Origin: an uncultured Dehalococcoidia bacterium
Lineage (GTDB): Bacteria; Chloroflexota; Dehalococcoidia; UBA2247; RBG-13-53-26
Direction of reading: 5' to 3'
Length of the DNA stretch: 64,000 nucleotides
Assembly: GCA_964492335.1 (NCBI GenBank)
Contig: CAZBJX010000011.1
Coordinates: 878-64,877, forward strand
Shown here: positions 29,499 through 38,899 of the stretch, in pieces
How the letters are laid out: each line of letters starts with the position of its first letter
Numbering within the stretch: the stretch's first letter is position 1
Made by a program: the position numbers and the translations under genes
The notes under the pieces: model-generated
The model's database searches: none
What the model saw: only the letters and a program-made list of their open reading frames with translations
What the model was told of the DNA's origin: nothing

Positions 29499-30731
29499 CT
29501 AAAGATGAATCACGTCTTCCGTGTGGTCCAGCATCAGAAAGAGGAGCAGGTAATCCCTGACATGCCGGGTGATCAGGAAGTTGTGCCTGACGTGCTCCTT
29601 GCCGTTCTCCCCCAGCCATCGCGCGTAGTCCGGGTTGGACAGCAGCTGCCGGACAGCATAGGCCGTCCCTTCTATGCCATGGGACAGCAGCCCGGTCAGC
29701 TTGTGCCTCACCTGGAGGGGGATGCCGCCCACGTCCGAGGCCACCACCGGGCGCCCCTTCCACAGGGCCTCGCTCACGGTGAGGGCGAAGCCCTCCCTGA
29801 GGGACTTCTGCAGGATGACTGCGGACGCCCTCTGCAGAGCGTTGATCTCTATGTCCGACCTGGCCTGCCCTGAGATGATGTGGATGTCCGGGCGGCCGTC
29901 GGCCGCCTCCTGGACCTGCGCCAGGACCTTCTCGCCCTCCGGGTCGTCGGTGGCCCCGCCACCGATCAGGACCAGCCGGCAATCGATGGACCTCTTCACC
30001 ATCTCGTAGGCCCGGATCACGCCCACCGGGTCCTTCATGTAGTCGAACCGCGAGACCTGGGTGATGACGGGCTTGTCCCGGGGTATGCCCATCCCGGACA
30101 TGGCAGCGTCTATCTCACGGGTGGTAAGGTCCCTGTTCTTGTCGCTCAGCGGGTCTATCGACGGCGATATGAGGAACTGCCGCACGGGCAGGGGCCGGGA
30201 GAAGGCCGGGGCCGAGAACACCGTGGCGTCGTACCGGATTACGTAGCGCTCCAGGAAGCGCCACACGCGCTCGTCCGGGCTGGACACGTCGATATGGCAC
30301 CTCCAGATCCACTTCCCGCCGGCGTCCTCCTTCTTCTCGATCAGCGCGCACGGCTGGGGATCGTGTATGAACACGATCTGGCCGTGCAGGTCCATCTCCG
30401 CTATGTTCTTGCGGTTGATCTCCAGGAACAGCTCGAAGTCCTCGTCGGACAGGTCCTCCTGGCGGCCGTGCAGCGCGTTGTGGAACTTCTTGGTCACCTC
30501 GAAGAAGCCGGGGCTGCCCTTGATCACGTCCCACCGGGCATCCACTCCCAGCTCCTGGAGAATGGGCACCATGCGGTTGAGTATCTCAGCCACCCCCCCT
30601 CCCGCGAAGGTGGAGTTGATGTTCAACACCTCCCAGCCGGTCGCCTTGGAGGCCAGCAGCCGCAGTTCCTCGATAACGCTGCGGCCGACGATGGGCTCAT
30701 AGTTCGCCAGCTTCACCCAACTCCTTTTCAA
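29499..30731 (-). CDS. GT4-family glycosyltransferase, trehalose glycosyltransferring synthase (TreT)-like
   Basis: About 410 aa GT-B enzyme with a C-terminal GT4 region (EGFALTVSEALWKGRPVVASDVGGI). Size and N-terminus resemble archaeal/bacterial TreT. Sits in an operon with otsA/otsB. Confidence 0.6.
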   Translation of the reverse strand: MKRSWVKLANYEPIVGRSVIEELRLLASKATGWEVLNINSTFAGGGVAEILNRMVPILQELGVDARWDVIKGSPGFFEVTKKFHNALHGRQEDLSDEDFELFLEINRKNIAEMDLHGQIVFIHDPQPCALIEKKEDAGGKWIWRCHIDVSSPDERVWRFLERYVIRYDATVFSAPAFSRPLPVRQFLISPSIDPLSDKNRDLTTREIDAAMSGMGIPRDKPVITQVSRFDYMKDPVGVIRAYEMVKRSIDCRLVLIGGGATDDPEGEKVLAQVQEAADGRPDIHIISGQARSDIEINALQRASAVILQKSLREGFALTVSEALWKGRPVVASDVGGIPLQVRHKLTGLLSHGIEGTAYAVRQLLSNPDYARWLGENGKEHVRHNFLITRHVRDYLLLFLMLDHTEDVIHL

Positions 30732-32058
30732 TCAGTTTAATAAGGGCCCCCCGCAGGCCCTCCAGCGAGTGAGTATAGGGATCGAGCCGCGCGATCCTGT
30801 CCGCCAGCTCCTGCTCGTCCAGGCTGTCGGCCAGCCAGGCGGAGAAGTCGTTGAGCCCCTTCCCCAGCCTCAGCCTCGATTCAAAGATGTGGAAGTAGAG
30901 CGAACTGGGGCTCATCTTCCGCAGGGCCTCCACGAACTCCCTCAGGTCCCTGGCCACGTACGGCGCATGGATGATGACGCTCACGGATTTGACGAAATGG
31001 AACTCGTCGCCCGGCGCCGCCTCCCACCGCCCACCCCCCTGGGCCAGGTGCTCCTCTATGATGGAGACCAACCGCCCCCGCAGCGCCTGCAGGTTGGTGA
31101 ACTGGAAGGTGTCCACGGCCGCCAGCTTCTCCGCCAGCACATCGTCGCCAAGCGCGTCGTCCACCCACAAGGCCAGGTCATTGGCCGGCTGCGGGGTCAG
31201 GTAGTGGTGCTCCTCCAGGAAATGGTGCGTGTGGTAGTAGATGACAGCCTCGGGCACCACCTTAAGCATGTCGGCCATCTCCCGCAGAGCGCCGGCCTTC
31301 AGGCCCGTCAGCTCCTTCATGTGCGACCGGGAGTAGAAATCGAAGGGCTTCCTGGCCTTCTTGATCGGCAGGCCATAGTTGATGACCGTGCTCTGCGCCA
31401 TCTTCCTGTTCGGTATGATGGTCACCGCCCCGGTCGACCCCGTGACCATGACGCTGCGCCAGTTCATGCCGGTGACGTAGCCTTCCTCGCCGCTCTCCTT
31501 GATCCTGATGTAGTCGCCGCTCTTGAAGTGCCGCATCGAGCCGACCTGCAGCCCGGCCACCAGGTCCGGCCCGATGTCCCTCATGATGAGGATCGCCAGC
31601 AGGGCCAGGATGCCCATGGCCAGGAGTATGGCGGCCAGGTTGGCCCCCCATATCTCCAGCACGCTCAGGAGAGTCACCACCACCACCACGATGCGTACCA
31701 GGTACCGGAAGGCCCTGGTGTCGCGGTCGGGGGCCTTCAGGTGATCTCCCCAGAGGGAGACCAGCCTGTCGGACATGGAGAGGAGGGCCAGGGCCAGGGA
31801 GAGCACGAAGACGGTCCACAGCCCCTTGCTGACATAGAGCATCCACTCCGACCCCCCGCTGCGGGTGGCAATGGTATATACCAGGATGCCCATCCACGCA
31901 CCCGCCGCCAGCGCCCAGAGCATCGAAGGGAAGCGGGTCGTGTCGCGGAGGATGTCGAAGCCCTTCCACCCGGTCTCCCTGGACCACCTCTGCAGCCACC
32001 CCCGCGCCAGTTGCCTCAGCCAGAGGCAGGCAATAGAGCCTGCCAGGCCCACCGCCAC
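30697..32058 (-). CDS. MscS-family mechanosensitive channel with an about 230-aa C-terminal extension domain
   Basis: Three TM helices plus MscS beta-domain (VGSMRHFKSGDYIRIKESGEEGYVTGMNWRSVMVTGSTGAVTIIPNRKM). Long C-terminal His-rich domain of unknown family. GTG start with AGGAG upstream. Confidence 0.7.
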   Translation of the reverse strand: MAVGLAGSIACLWLRQLARGWLQRWSRETGWKGFDILRDTTRFPSMLWALAAGAWMGILVYTIATRSGGSEWMLYVSKGLWTVFVLSLALALLSMSDRLVSLWGDHLKAPDRDTRAFRYLVRIVVVVVTLLSVLEIWGANLAAILLAMGILALLAILIMRDIGPDLVAGLQVGSMRHFKSGDYIRIKESGEEGYVTGMNWRSVMVTGSTGAVTIIPNRKMAQSTVINYGLPIKKARKPFDFYSRSHMKELTGLKAGALREMADMLKVVPEAVIYYHTHHFLEEHHYLTPQPANDLALWVDDALGDDVLAEKLAAVDTFQFTNLQALRGRLVSIIEEHLAQGGGRWEAAPGDEFHFVKSVSVIIHAPYVARDLREFVEALRKMSPSSLYFHIFESRLRLGKGLNDFSAWLADSLDEQELADRIARLDPYTHSLEGLRGALIKLIEKELGEAGEL

Positions 32059-32134
32059 TGCCAGAAGTATCTCCTGGTTGCTTCTCAGCCAGTCTACGTC
32101 GCACCCCTACCGGGAAACAGGGCCGCAGCGCGCG

Positions 32135-33757
32135 TCACTTCGGCTCCCTCTTCCCCTCTCCTATCACGAAGGCGATGATATCGCTGCTCGTCAAAGACCC
32201 CAGAAGCTCCCCGGTGGACCGGTCGACCACCGGGACCACCGTCACGCCGGAGTCTGCCATGCGCCGGGTCACGTCATCCAGCATCTCGTCGGGCACCGCC
32301 ACCATGGGCTCATACTCCAGCAGCTCGTGCAGGACCACGCTGCCCCAGCGGTCCTTGTCTATATGACGGATATCCTTGAGGTACAGCACCCCGGCCAGTT
32401 TGCCCGGCTCTTCCATGATCACATAGTCCGACTGGTCGGGGACCGCCCAGTAGTCTATGAAGTCCTGTATGGTGATGACGAAGGACGGGAACTGCCGTCC
32501 CCTATCCATTATATCCAGCACCGTCTTATTGTCCAGAGCATACCGGGCAAACGACGGCACCACGAACCAGGGCACCCTCTCCTTCCTCCCGGCCGGGGCG
32601 CGCCCGGCCCGCCCGATGGCCAGGCCCATTGCCGGCGGTGCAATGAGAAGGTACCCGACCATGATCAGGACCAGCAGAGAGAACAGCTCCTGCGGCACGG
32701 CCCCGATGTCCAGCAAGACCAGCAGCAGGGCGATCTCCACCACCCCCTTCCCCATGATGCCCGAGGCAATGGCCAGGGGACGGTCCAGCCGGGCCACCGT
32801 CACCCCCGACAGGGCGCCGGCGAACTTGCCCAGAACGGCCACCGCCACTACGGCCTCCAGGGACCACACAGGCAGCTCCCCGAACGACAGGTCCAGGTGT
32901 ATCCCCGCCGACGCGAAGAACAGCGGGATGAAGAGACCGTAGGCCAGGCCCCGCACGCCGGGCAGGATCTCGGCCCGCAGGCGGTAAGGCAGCCCGGACA
33001 GCGAGACCCCCAGCAGGAGGGCTCCCAGCGAGCCGTGCATCCCGATCCTGTCCACCAGGCCCACGAGCAGCAGCAGGCCGCCGGTAACCAGGCCCATGGC
33101 CAGCTGCGGCGCACCTATGACGCGGCGCAGCCAGGCCACCAGCCGGGGAAAGACCTTGCTGGCCAGCAGCCACGAGGCCACCGCCACCGCCACCACCTCG
33201 GCCAGCAGGATGGGCAGGGTCCACCAAGTGAAGGGGTCTTTCCCGGTGATGTTTCTGATGGCCAGGGAGACCACCAGGAGCCCCACGATCTCCAGGATCA
33301 CCACGGTGGTGAAGACCTCCAGGCCGACCGGCTCCCTGAGGCGCCCCAGGTCGCTGAGCACCTTGGCCACCACCCCCAGGCTGGAGAGCGACAGGATGCC
33401 CCCCACGGCGATGGCGCTTCCCACGGGCAGGTCCACCACCGCCACCATGACCACCGTGGCCAGTGCGAAGGACACCAGGAAGCCCACCGTCCCGGCCACG
33501 AAGAACCGGCCCCTCAAGGTGGCCGCCAGCCCCGTCACATCCATTTCCTCCACCCCGATGAGGAAGAACAGGAACACCACCCCGATGCCGAAGAAGAGCT
33601 CCAGGTCCCGGGTGGCCTCCACCACGCCCAGGACCGGCCCCAGGAGGATGCCGGCGGCCACGTAGGCCACCAGGGCGCTCTGGCGCAGCCGGGTGACCAC
33701 GCCCTCCAGGAGCTTGGCAACTATCAGCAGCAGGCCAAGAGATATGAGCAGGTCCAT
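32135..33757 (-). CDS. cation:proton antiporter (CPA2/Kef-type) with C-terminal CBS pair
   Basis: 12-13 TM Na/H-exchanger-like core, followed by two CBS-like motifs (VLDIMDRGRQFPSFVITIQ...; VTVVPVVDRSTGELLGSLTSSDII). Confidence 0.85.
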   Translation of the reverse strand: MDLLISLGLLLIVAKLLEGVVTRLRQSALVAYVAAGILLGPVLGVVEATRDLELFFGIGVVFLFFLIGVEEMDVTGLAATLRGRFFVAGTVGFLVSFALATVVMVAVVDLPVGSAIAVGGILSLSSLGVVAKVLSDLGRLREPVGLEVFTTVVILEIVGLLVVSLAIRNITGKDPFTWWTLPILLAEVVAVAVASWLLASKVFPRLVAWLRRVIGAPQLAMGLVTGGLLLLVGLVDRIGMHGSLGALLLGVSLSGLPYRLRAEILPGVRGLAYGLFIPLFFASAGIHLDLSFGELPVWSLEAVVAVAVLGKFAGALSGVTVARLDRPLAIASGIMGKGVVEIALLLVLLDIGAVPQELFSLLVLIMVGYLLIAPPAMGLAIGRAGRAPAGRKERVPWFVVPSFARYALDNKTVLDIMDRGRQFPSFVITIQDFIDYWAVPDQSDYVIMEEPGKLAGVLYLKDIRHIDKDRWGSVVLHELLEYEPMVAVPDEMLDDVTRRMADSGVTVVPVVDRSTGELLGSLTSSDIIAFVIGEGKREPK

Positions 33758-33865
33758 GAGCTTGGCTCCCGGCCCGGGGCAGGGACCGGCGACAGACGGC
33801 GGACAGGCTCAGCCGGGAGGGACGGAACAGCCGATGGACACGGCTGAAGGGCCGGGCGACGCCGA

Positions 33866-34339
33866 TCAGGCGCCGCCCACCTTCTCCCGCGGCCCCACCA
33901 GGAGGACGGGCACGGTGCTGGCCCGGACCACCTTGTCGGCCACGCTGCCCAGCGCCCAGCGGCCGAGCCCGGAGCGCCCGTGGCTGGCCATGACGATGAT
34001 CTCACAGGGGCTGTGCTCTGCGTGGTAGAGAATGGCCTGGGCGGCATCTCCGATGACCAGCTTGGGGTACACGGCCAACCCCTGCCCGCTGAGCTTTTCA
34101 GCCACCCTGTTGATGTAGGCCCCGGCGTCGCGCTCCCTCCGGCTGACAGGCTCGGTGATCACCTTCTCTTCGGACTTCTGGCTCCGGTCCACCACCTTGC
34201 GGTAGCCCTCGGTGCGCTCCACCACCCTCAGCAACGTGATGTCCAGGGTGCCGCATCCCTTGGCCAGCGTCTCCGCATGCGATACGGCTGCCTCAGACAG
34301 CCTGGAGCCGTCCAGTGGGACCAGGATGTGCTTGTACAT
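33866..34339 (-). CDS. universal stress protein (UspA family)
   Basis: ATG at 34339 with AAGGAGGAG RBS. Motifs MYKHILVPLDGS and VMASHGRSGLGRWALGSVADKV (ATP-binding G-2x-G-9x-G(S/T)). Confidence 0.8.
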   Translation of the reverse strand: MYKHILVPLDGSRLSEAAVSHAETLAKGCGTLDITLLRVVERTEGYRKVVDRSQKSEEKVITEPVSRRERDAGAYINRVAEKLSGQGLAVYPKLVIGDAAQAILYHAEHSPCEIIVMASHGRSGLGRWALGSVADKVVRASTVPVLLVGPREKVGGA

Positions 34340-34500
34340 CGTCACTCTCCTCCTTCTCCGGGCCGGCCATTGCGCGCCCCGGGGCATTCGCTGGCTTCCT
34401 CCCGGCGCGGACCGCAGGTGTAGTGTAAGCTAGCACCCGCCTCCCGGCCAAGTCAAGGCCCCGGCCCTCACGCGGCGGGATGCCGGGAGGGGACGAGCCG

Positions 34501-35496
34501 TCAGAGGTCCCGGAAGCTCTTCAGCCGTTCGTACTCGATCACCAGGGAGATGGCGGCGTTCTCCGCCTGTATTCCGGCTTCCTCGGCGGCCGCCACCGGG
34601 TTCAGGCCGCCGAGCAGCAGCACCCCCACCCGGCCGGGTTCCACCGGCGCTTCACAGACCGGCTCGCCGGGCCGCCCCATCACCACCAGGCTGCCCAGGC
34701 CGGCCTCCTCGAGCCCGGCCATCACCTCGCCGGCCAGCGGCCGGCACTGCCCGGGCACCTCGGCGAAGTTGCCCAGCACCCGGCCGTCCCCCCTCCCGGC
34801 CGCCCCTGTCACGTCGGTCATCTTGCCCCGGATGAATACCTCCGAAGGATCCAGGGAGGTGCCGCCATAGTGGACCAGCTCCACGAAACGCAGCGGCCGC
34901 CCGGCCCTGATCTGGAGGATGCCCCCGAACCTGCAGTCCATGGGCACGCCGGCCTTCAGCAGCACGCCGGCCACCACGGCGCTGCAGACGGTGGCGAAGC
35001 CAACTTTGCCGGAGGGGATGGCCCTGTCCCCCAGGCTCTCCCCCTCCCGGGCCACGGCCACCATATGGCCTACGGACAGCCCCCTCTTGAAGGCCGCCGC
35101 CATCGCCTTCAGGGCCCCGGGGAACTCCTCCTTCTTGAACACCGACAGGTTGGCCGGCAGCAGCCCCCGGCGCGTCTCCACGTCGAATGTGGTCTGGAAG
35201 GAGACCAGCCCGATGCGGTTGCTGAAGAGGCCCACCTTGTCGCCCACCAACGCGTCGCGCAGCTCCGCAAGGCCGGCCTCGGTGATCCGCCTCCCGTCCC
35301 GGCCCACCAGCCGCGTCAGCCCCCGCTCGTCCATCAGCTTCAGGTGATAGCGCACCGCCCTCTCGCTGAGGTACACACCCTGCTCCTGCAGCTGCCGGCC
35401 GATCACCCTGGCCCCCACCGCCTCGGAGGAGCCCCTCAACACCCTCAGGATGGCGTTGACCTTCCTCTCCACGTCGACGTTGCTGGCGCCAATCAT
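34501..35496 (-). CDS. NrpR-like transcriptional regulator (N-terminal HTH plus DUF128/NrpR regulatory domain)
   Basis: HTH segment (VNAILRVLRGSSEAVGARVIGRQLQEQGVYLSERAVRYHLKLMDERGL), followed by a domain with the archaeal NrpR regulatory-domain pattern. ATG at 35496. Confidence 0.6.
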   Translation of the reverse strand: MIGASNVDVERKVNAILRVLRGSSEAVGARVIGRQLQEQGVYLSERAVRYHLKLMDERGLTRLVGRDGRRITEAGLAELRDALVGDKVGLFSNRIGLVSFQTTFDVETRRGLLPANLSVFKKEEFPGALKAMAAAFKRGLSVGHMVAVAREGESLGDRAIPSGKVGFATVCSAVVAGVLLKAGVPMDCRFGGILQIRAGRPLRFVELVHYGGTSLDPSEVFIRGKMTDVTGAAGRGDGRVLGNFAEVPGQCRPLAGEVMAGLEEAGLGSLVVMGRPGEPVCEAPVEPGRVGVLLLGGLNPVAAAEEAGIQAENAAISLVIEYERLKSFRDL

Positions 35497-35587
35497 CTGA
35501 CTCTGCACCCCGCCGCGCAGCACCATGGCTTCGACAACGCGCTCCGCTGCCGGGACATGCGCCGCCCCGCCCCCGGCGGCTCCGGCC

Positions 35588-36358
35588 TCACACCCTCACC
35601 GGTATGCCGCGGCCGGCCAGGTACCTCTTGGCCTGGGGAATGGTGATGTCCCCGAAGTGGAAGACCGAGGCGCAGAGCACGGCCGCCGCTTTGCCCCGGA
35701 CGACGGCGTCGTAGAGGTGCTCCAGCCTGCCGGCGCCCCCGGACGCAATCACCGGGATGCCGACCGCCCCGGCCACCGCACTGGTCATCTCCAGGTCATA
35801 CCCCTCCCTGGTGCCGTCCGCGTCCCGGCTGGTCAGCAGTATCTCGCCGGCCCCCAGGCCCTCCACCCTCCGGGCCCACTCCACCAGGTCCATCCCCGTC
35901 TCCTCCATGCCGCCACCCACCACCAGTTCCGTCCGCGGGCGCCCCCTCCCGGCCGGATTCTTCTTGCCGTCGAGGGCCACCACCAGGCTGCCGGCCCCGA
36001 AGCGGCCGGCGGCGTTGGCGATGAGGTCCGGGTTCCGGTAGGCCGCCGTGCCGATAACAACCTTGTTCACCCCAATGTGGAACAGCTGCTCCATATCAGC
36101 GACGTCGCGTATGCCGCCGCCCACAACAAAGGGCGCGGAGATGGCCTGGCGCACCTTCTTGACCCACTCCAGCATGATGCCCCGCTTCTGCACCGTGGCG
36201 GCGATGTCCAGGAAGGCGATCTCATCGGCGCCCTCCTTCTCGTAGGTGCCGGCTGCCTCCACCGGGTCCCCTGCGTCCTTCAAATTGACGAACCGGATGC
36301 CCTTGACCACCCTGCCGCCCTTGATGTCCAGGCAGGGTATAACCTTGACTGTCTTCAT
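35588..36358 (-). CDS. hisF: imidazole glycerol phosphate synthase cyclase subunit HisF
   Basis: [20 protein letters not shown]..., two phosphate-binding (beta/alpha)8 half-barrel motifs. Standalone; no other his genes in the window. Confidence 0.9.
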   Translation of the reverse strand: MKTVKVIPCLDIKGGRVVKGIRFVNLKDAGDPVEAAGTYEKEGADEIAFLDIAATVQKRGIMLEWVKKVRQAISAPFVVGGGIRDVADMEQLFHIGVNKVVIGTAAYRNPDLIANAAGRFGAGSLVVALDGKKNPAGRGRPRTELVVGGGMEETGMDLVEWARRVEGLGAGEILLTSRDADGTREGYDLEMTSAVAGAVGIPVIASGGAGRLEHLYDAVVRGKAAAVLCASVFHFGDITIPQAKRYLAGRGIPVRV

Positions 36359-36596
36359 CTCTCCGCCGCTCCCTGGCCACGCATTCTCCCGGAACCATCA
36401 CCTGCGGGCCGCCCCGCCCGGCCGGCGGCCTCCTCCGGCGCCTTGCCTGACGGCCACCGGCCGTAGGTAACTGTTTGCCTAGTCTAAGACCGGCCCTCCC
36501 CAGGTGTCAAGGAGAGTCGGGCATGCCACAACGATGTAATGCCGGCCAGCCTCAAGAAATGCTGGTGGCTATTGCGCCTGCATGATATACTGTCTG

Positions 36597-36889
36597 ATGC
36601 AAGGCAGTATCAGCACGGGGCTCGATGAAGTTGGTATTCGCGACACCGACCCGAAGGCGGGTCGGGTCTTGATTTTCTGAGGCGCCACCAGCGACAGGCC
36701 CGGGTGAGGGATTGCCCGCCTGCGGAACGACTAACACAGCGGGCAAGGAAGGACTGAGGAGACCGACAATAGGCTGAAGAAAGAAGAATCCGTCCCGGGA
36801 AGCGTTGAACCGCCGTCTGTAATCTGGTCACTTGGGCGGCGGGGAGCCAGTAGTGAAACCGACCCATCTCAGGTCGGTTTTTCTTTTTT
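36597..36889 (+). promoter_or_regulatory. about 290-nt cis-regulatory leader RNA B (paralogue of leader A) upstream of the second DPM1-like GT2 gene
   Basis: Extended -10 promoter TGaTATACT at 36583-36591, no credible ORF, lower GC. Internal hairpin plus T-tract at 36637-36672. 3-prime region homologous to leader A and ends in the same terminator hairpin. Confidence 0.6.
36856..36889 (+). terminator. rho-independent terminator at the 3-prime end of leader RNA B
   Basis: AAACCGACC-CATCTC-AGGTCGGTTT followed by TTTCTTTTTTCC; about 105 nt upstream of the GT2 GTG start. Confidence 0.75.
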
Positions 36890-36996
36890 CCAGGCGGTCG
36901 GTCACCGGGAGGCCCGAATCACCAGGCCGAGGCAGCCGGAGCGAAGTGGCCGGAGATCGACCGAGCGGCCCGGCGGTCATCCAGCAGGAGGAAAGA

Positions 36997-37824
36997 GTGT
37001 TTCAGGGTAAGAAGATCGGCGTAGCGGTGCCGGCCTACAACGAAGAGAAGCTGGTGGCGGCCGTTGTGGAGAACATGCCGGCGATTGTGGACCGCATCTA
37101 CATCGTCGATGACGGCAGCACCGACGGCACCCGGGAAGTCGTGTCCGCGCTCTGCGCGAAGCACCCCAGGCTGCAGCTCATCGAGCACAAGAAGAACAGG
37201 GGCGTCGGGGCCGCCATCGTCACCGGTTACCAGAGGTGCCTCGACGACGGCATGGACATCGCCGTCGTCATGGCCGGGGATGACCAGATGGACCCCATGG
37301 AGCTGCCCAAGCTGCTGACGCCTGTGGCCAACGGGCAGGCAGGCTACTGCAAGGGCAACCGGATGGTCTCCTCCAGCACCATGAAGGGCATGCCGCGGCT
37401 GCGGCGGTTCGGGAACTGGCTGCTGAAGTGGCTCACCCGCGTCTCCTCCGGCAACTACCAGATAGACGATCCCCAGAACGGCTACGCCGCTGTCTCGTCG
37501 GATGCCCTTCAGAGGATCAAGCTGGATGACCTCTATCCCTACTACGGCTACTGCAACCACCTGCTGGCCAAGTTCACCGTGGCCGGGGTCAAAGCCGTAG
37601 AGGTGCCCATACCGGCGCGCTACCAGAAAGAGAAGTCCAAGATCCGGTACGGCAAGTACATCCGGAAGGTGAGCTGGCTCCTGCTCAACAACTTCGCCTG
37701 GAGGATGGAGGTCAAGTGGACCTCCATGACCCGCAGGCCGGCGTCCCGTCAACCCGCGGCCGAGATCCGCGAGATCAGCGAGGCCCCCGAGTTCCTGCCC
37801 GGGGTCTCGCGCCGCGCCAGGTAG
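36997..37824 (+). CDS. GT2 polyprenol-phosphate sugar synthase (DPM1-like), second copy
   Basis: GTG at 36997 with AGGAGG 5 nt upstream. Motifs IGVAVPAYNEE, IVDDGSTDGT, MAGDDQMDP. The ORF-track upstream 55 aa is out of gene. Confidence 0.8.
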   Translation: MFQGKKIGVAVPAYNEEKLVAAVVENMPAIVDRIYIVDDGSTDGTREVVSALCAKHPRLQLIEHKKNRGVGAAIVTGYQRCLDDGMDIAVVMAGDDQMDPMELPKLLTPVANGQAGYCKGNRMVSSSTMKGMPRLRRFGNWLLKWLTRVSSGNYQIDDPQNGYAAVSSDALQRIKLDDLYPYYGYCNHLLAKFTVAGVKAVEVPIPARYQKEKSKIRYGKYIRKVSWLLLNNFAWRMEVKWTSMTRRPASRQPAAEIREISEAPEFLPGVSRRAR

Positions 37825-38045
37825 CAGACGGCCGGCGCTCTGTGTTGCCTGCACTATCGCGCTTTGCCCTGGTCAGACAAAGCGCGATCTTCATGTTGAC
37901 GGCAGACGCCGCCGCCCGAAGGCCCCCGACCACCCATCCCCAGGCGGACACCCGGCGGCGCCACGCCCGGGCACAGCCATATTGCGCCCAGTGATAACAT
38001 ACCCTGGTAAGAGGCAGGCGCCGGAAAGGCAGGTCAGGCAGCACA

Positions 38046-38849
38046 ATGAGGCTGGACTTCACCATCGGGAGGTACCAGGAGCTGTGCGAGGCGATCGTGC
38101 AGTCGGGATACACGCCGATGACCGTGCGCGGCTACCTGGAGGCGGACAGGCTGCCGGCGCGGCTGGCCGTGATCAGACACGATGTTGATTCGACGCCGCG
38201 GCAGGAGCCCAAGATCGCCCGGATCGAGCAGGGTTGCGGCATCAGGGCCACCTACTACTTCAGGCACAGGCGCGGCATATTCCGCCCGGACATCATGCGG
38301 CTGATCGCCGGGATGGGCCATGAGGTAGGCTATCACTACGAGGCCATGGACAAGGGCAAGGGCGACTCGCGCAAGGCCATCGAGATCTTCGGCCGCGAGC
38401 TGGCCGACTTCAGGGAGGTGGTGGAGGTCAGGACCATCAGCATGCACGGCAACCCGCTGACGCGGTGGGACAACCGCGACCTGTGGCGCGATCACGATCC
38501 GGCCAGCTTCGGCCTCTCCGGTGAGGCCTACCTCTCGTTTGACCGGTCCAGGATCGGCTACCTGTCCGACACCGGCCGCACCTGGGGCCCGCGGTTCAAA
38601 GTGAAGGACTGGCTCCCTCCCCGTCCCGGCAGCACCGACCCGGCCTACCCCGTCCCCCCGGTGGACTCGACCGACGACCTGATAGCCCTGCTGCGCGGGC
38701 AGCAGGCGGACCATCTCTACCTGAACACCCACGCTGCCCGATGGGCGGACGGCCCGCCGGGCTGGGCCCGGCACTATGCGGAGGACCAGGCAGTGCGGAT
38801 GGTCAAGCGCCTGGTGGCCCTGGCGCGCCGCCCCGCTCCCCCCCCATGA
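38046..38849 (+). CDS. divergent polysaccharide deacetylase-like (CE4-like) protein
   Basis: Motif VIRHDVDS followed by H-rich segments (GHEVGYHYE, SMHGNP) resembling NodB-homology metal-binding motifs. Assignment is tentative. Confidence 0.4.
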   Translation: MRLDFTIGRYQELCEAIVQSGYTPMTVRGYLEADRLPARLAVIRHDVDSTPRQEPKIARIEQGCGIRATYYFRHRRGIFRPDIMRLIAGMGHEVGYHYEAMDKGKGDSRKAIEIFGRELADFREVVEVRTISMHGNPLTRWDNRDLWRDHDPASFGLSGEAYLSFDRSRIGYLSDTGRTWGPRFKVKDWLPPRPGSTDPAYPVPPVDSTDDLIALLRGQQADHLYLNTHAARWADGPPGWARHYAEDQAVRMVKRLVALARRPAPPP

Positions 38850-38899
38850 TGAGAGGCGCCGGCCCGTGTATAATGAGTCCGGCACGGAGGTAACGCTAC

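Noticed and set aside
36597-36889. Assignment of the leader RNA to a known riboswitch class (cobalamin B12-box, c-di-GMP-I GEMM, yybP-ykoY, ydaO)
   Set aside because: Only fragmentary resemblance (for example GCGCCACCAG versus the B12 box GCCACTG; ACAGCGGGCAA versus GEMM ACAGGGCAAA). The core conserved motifs of those classes are not recoverable by eye, so no class is claimed.
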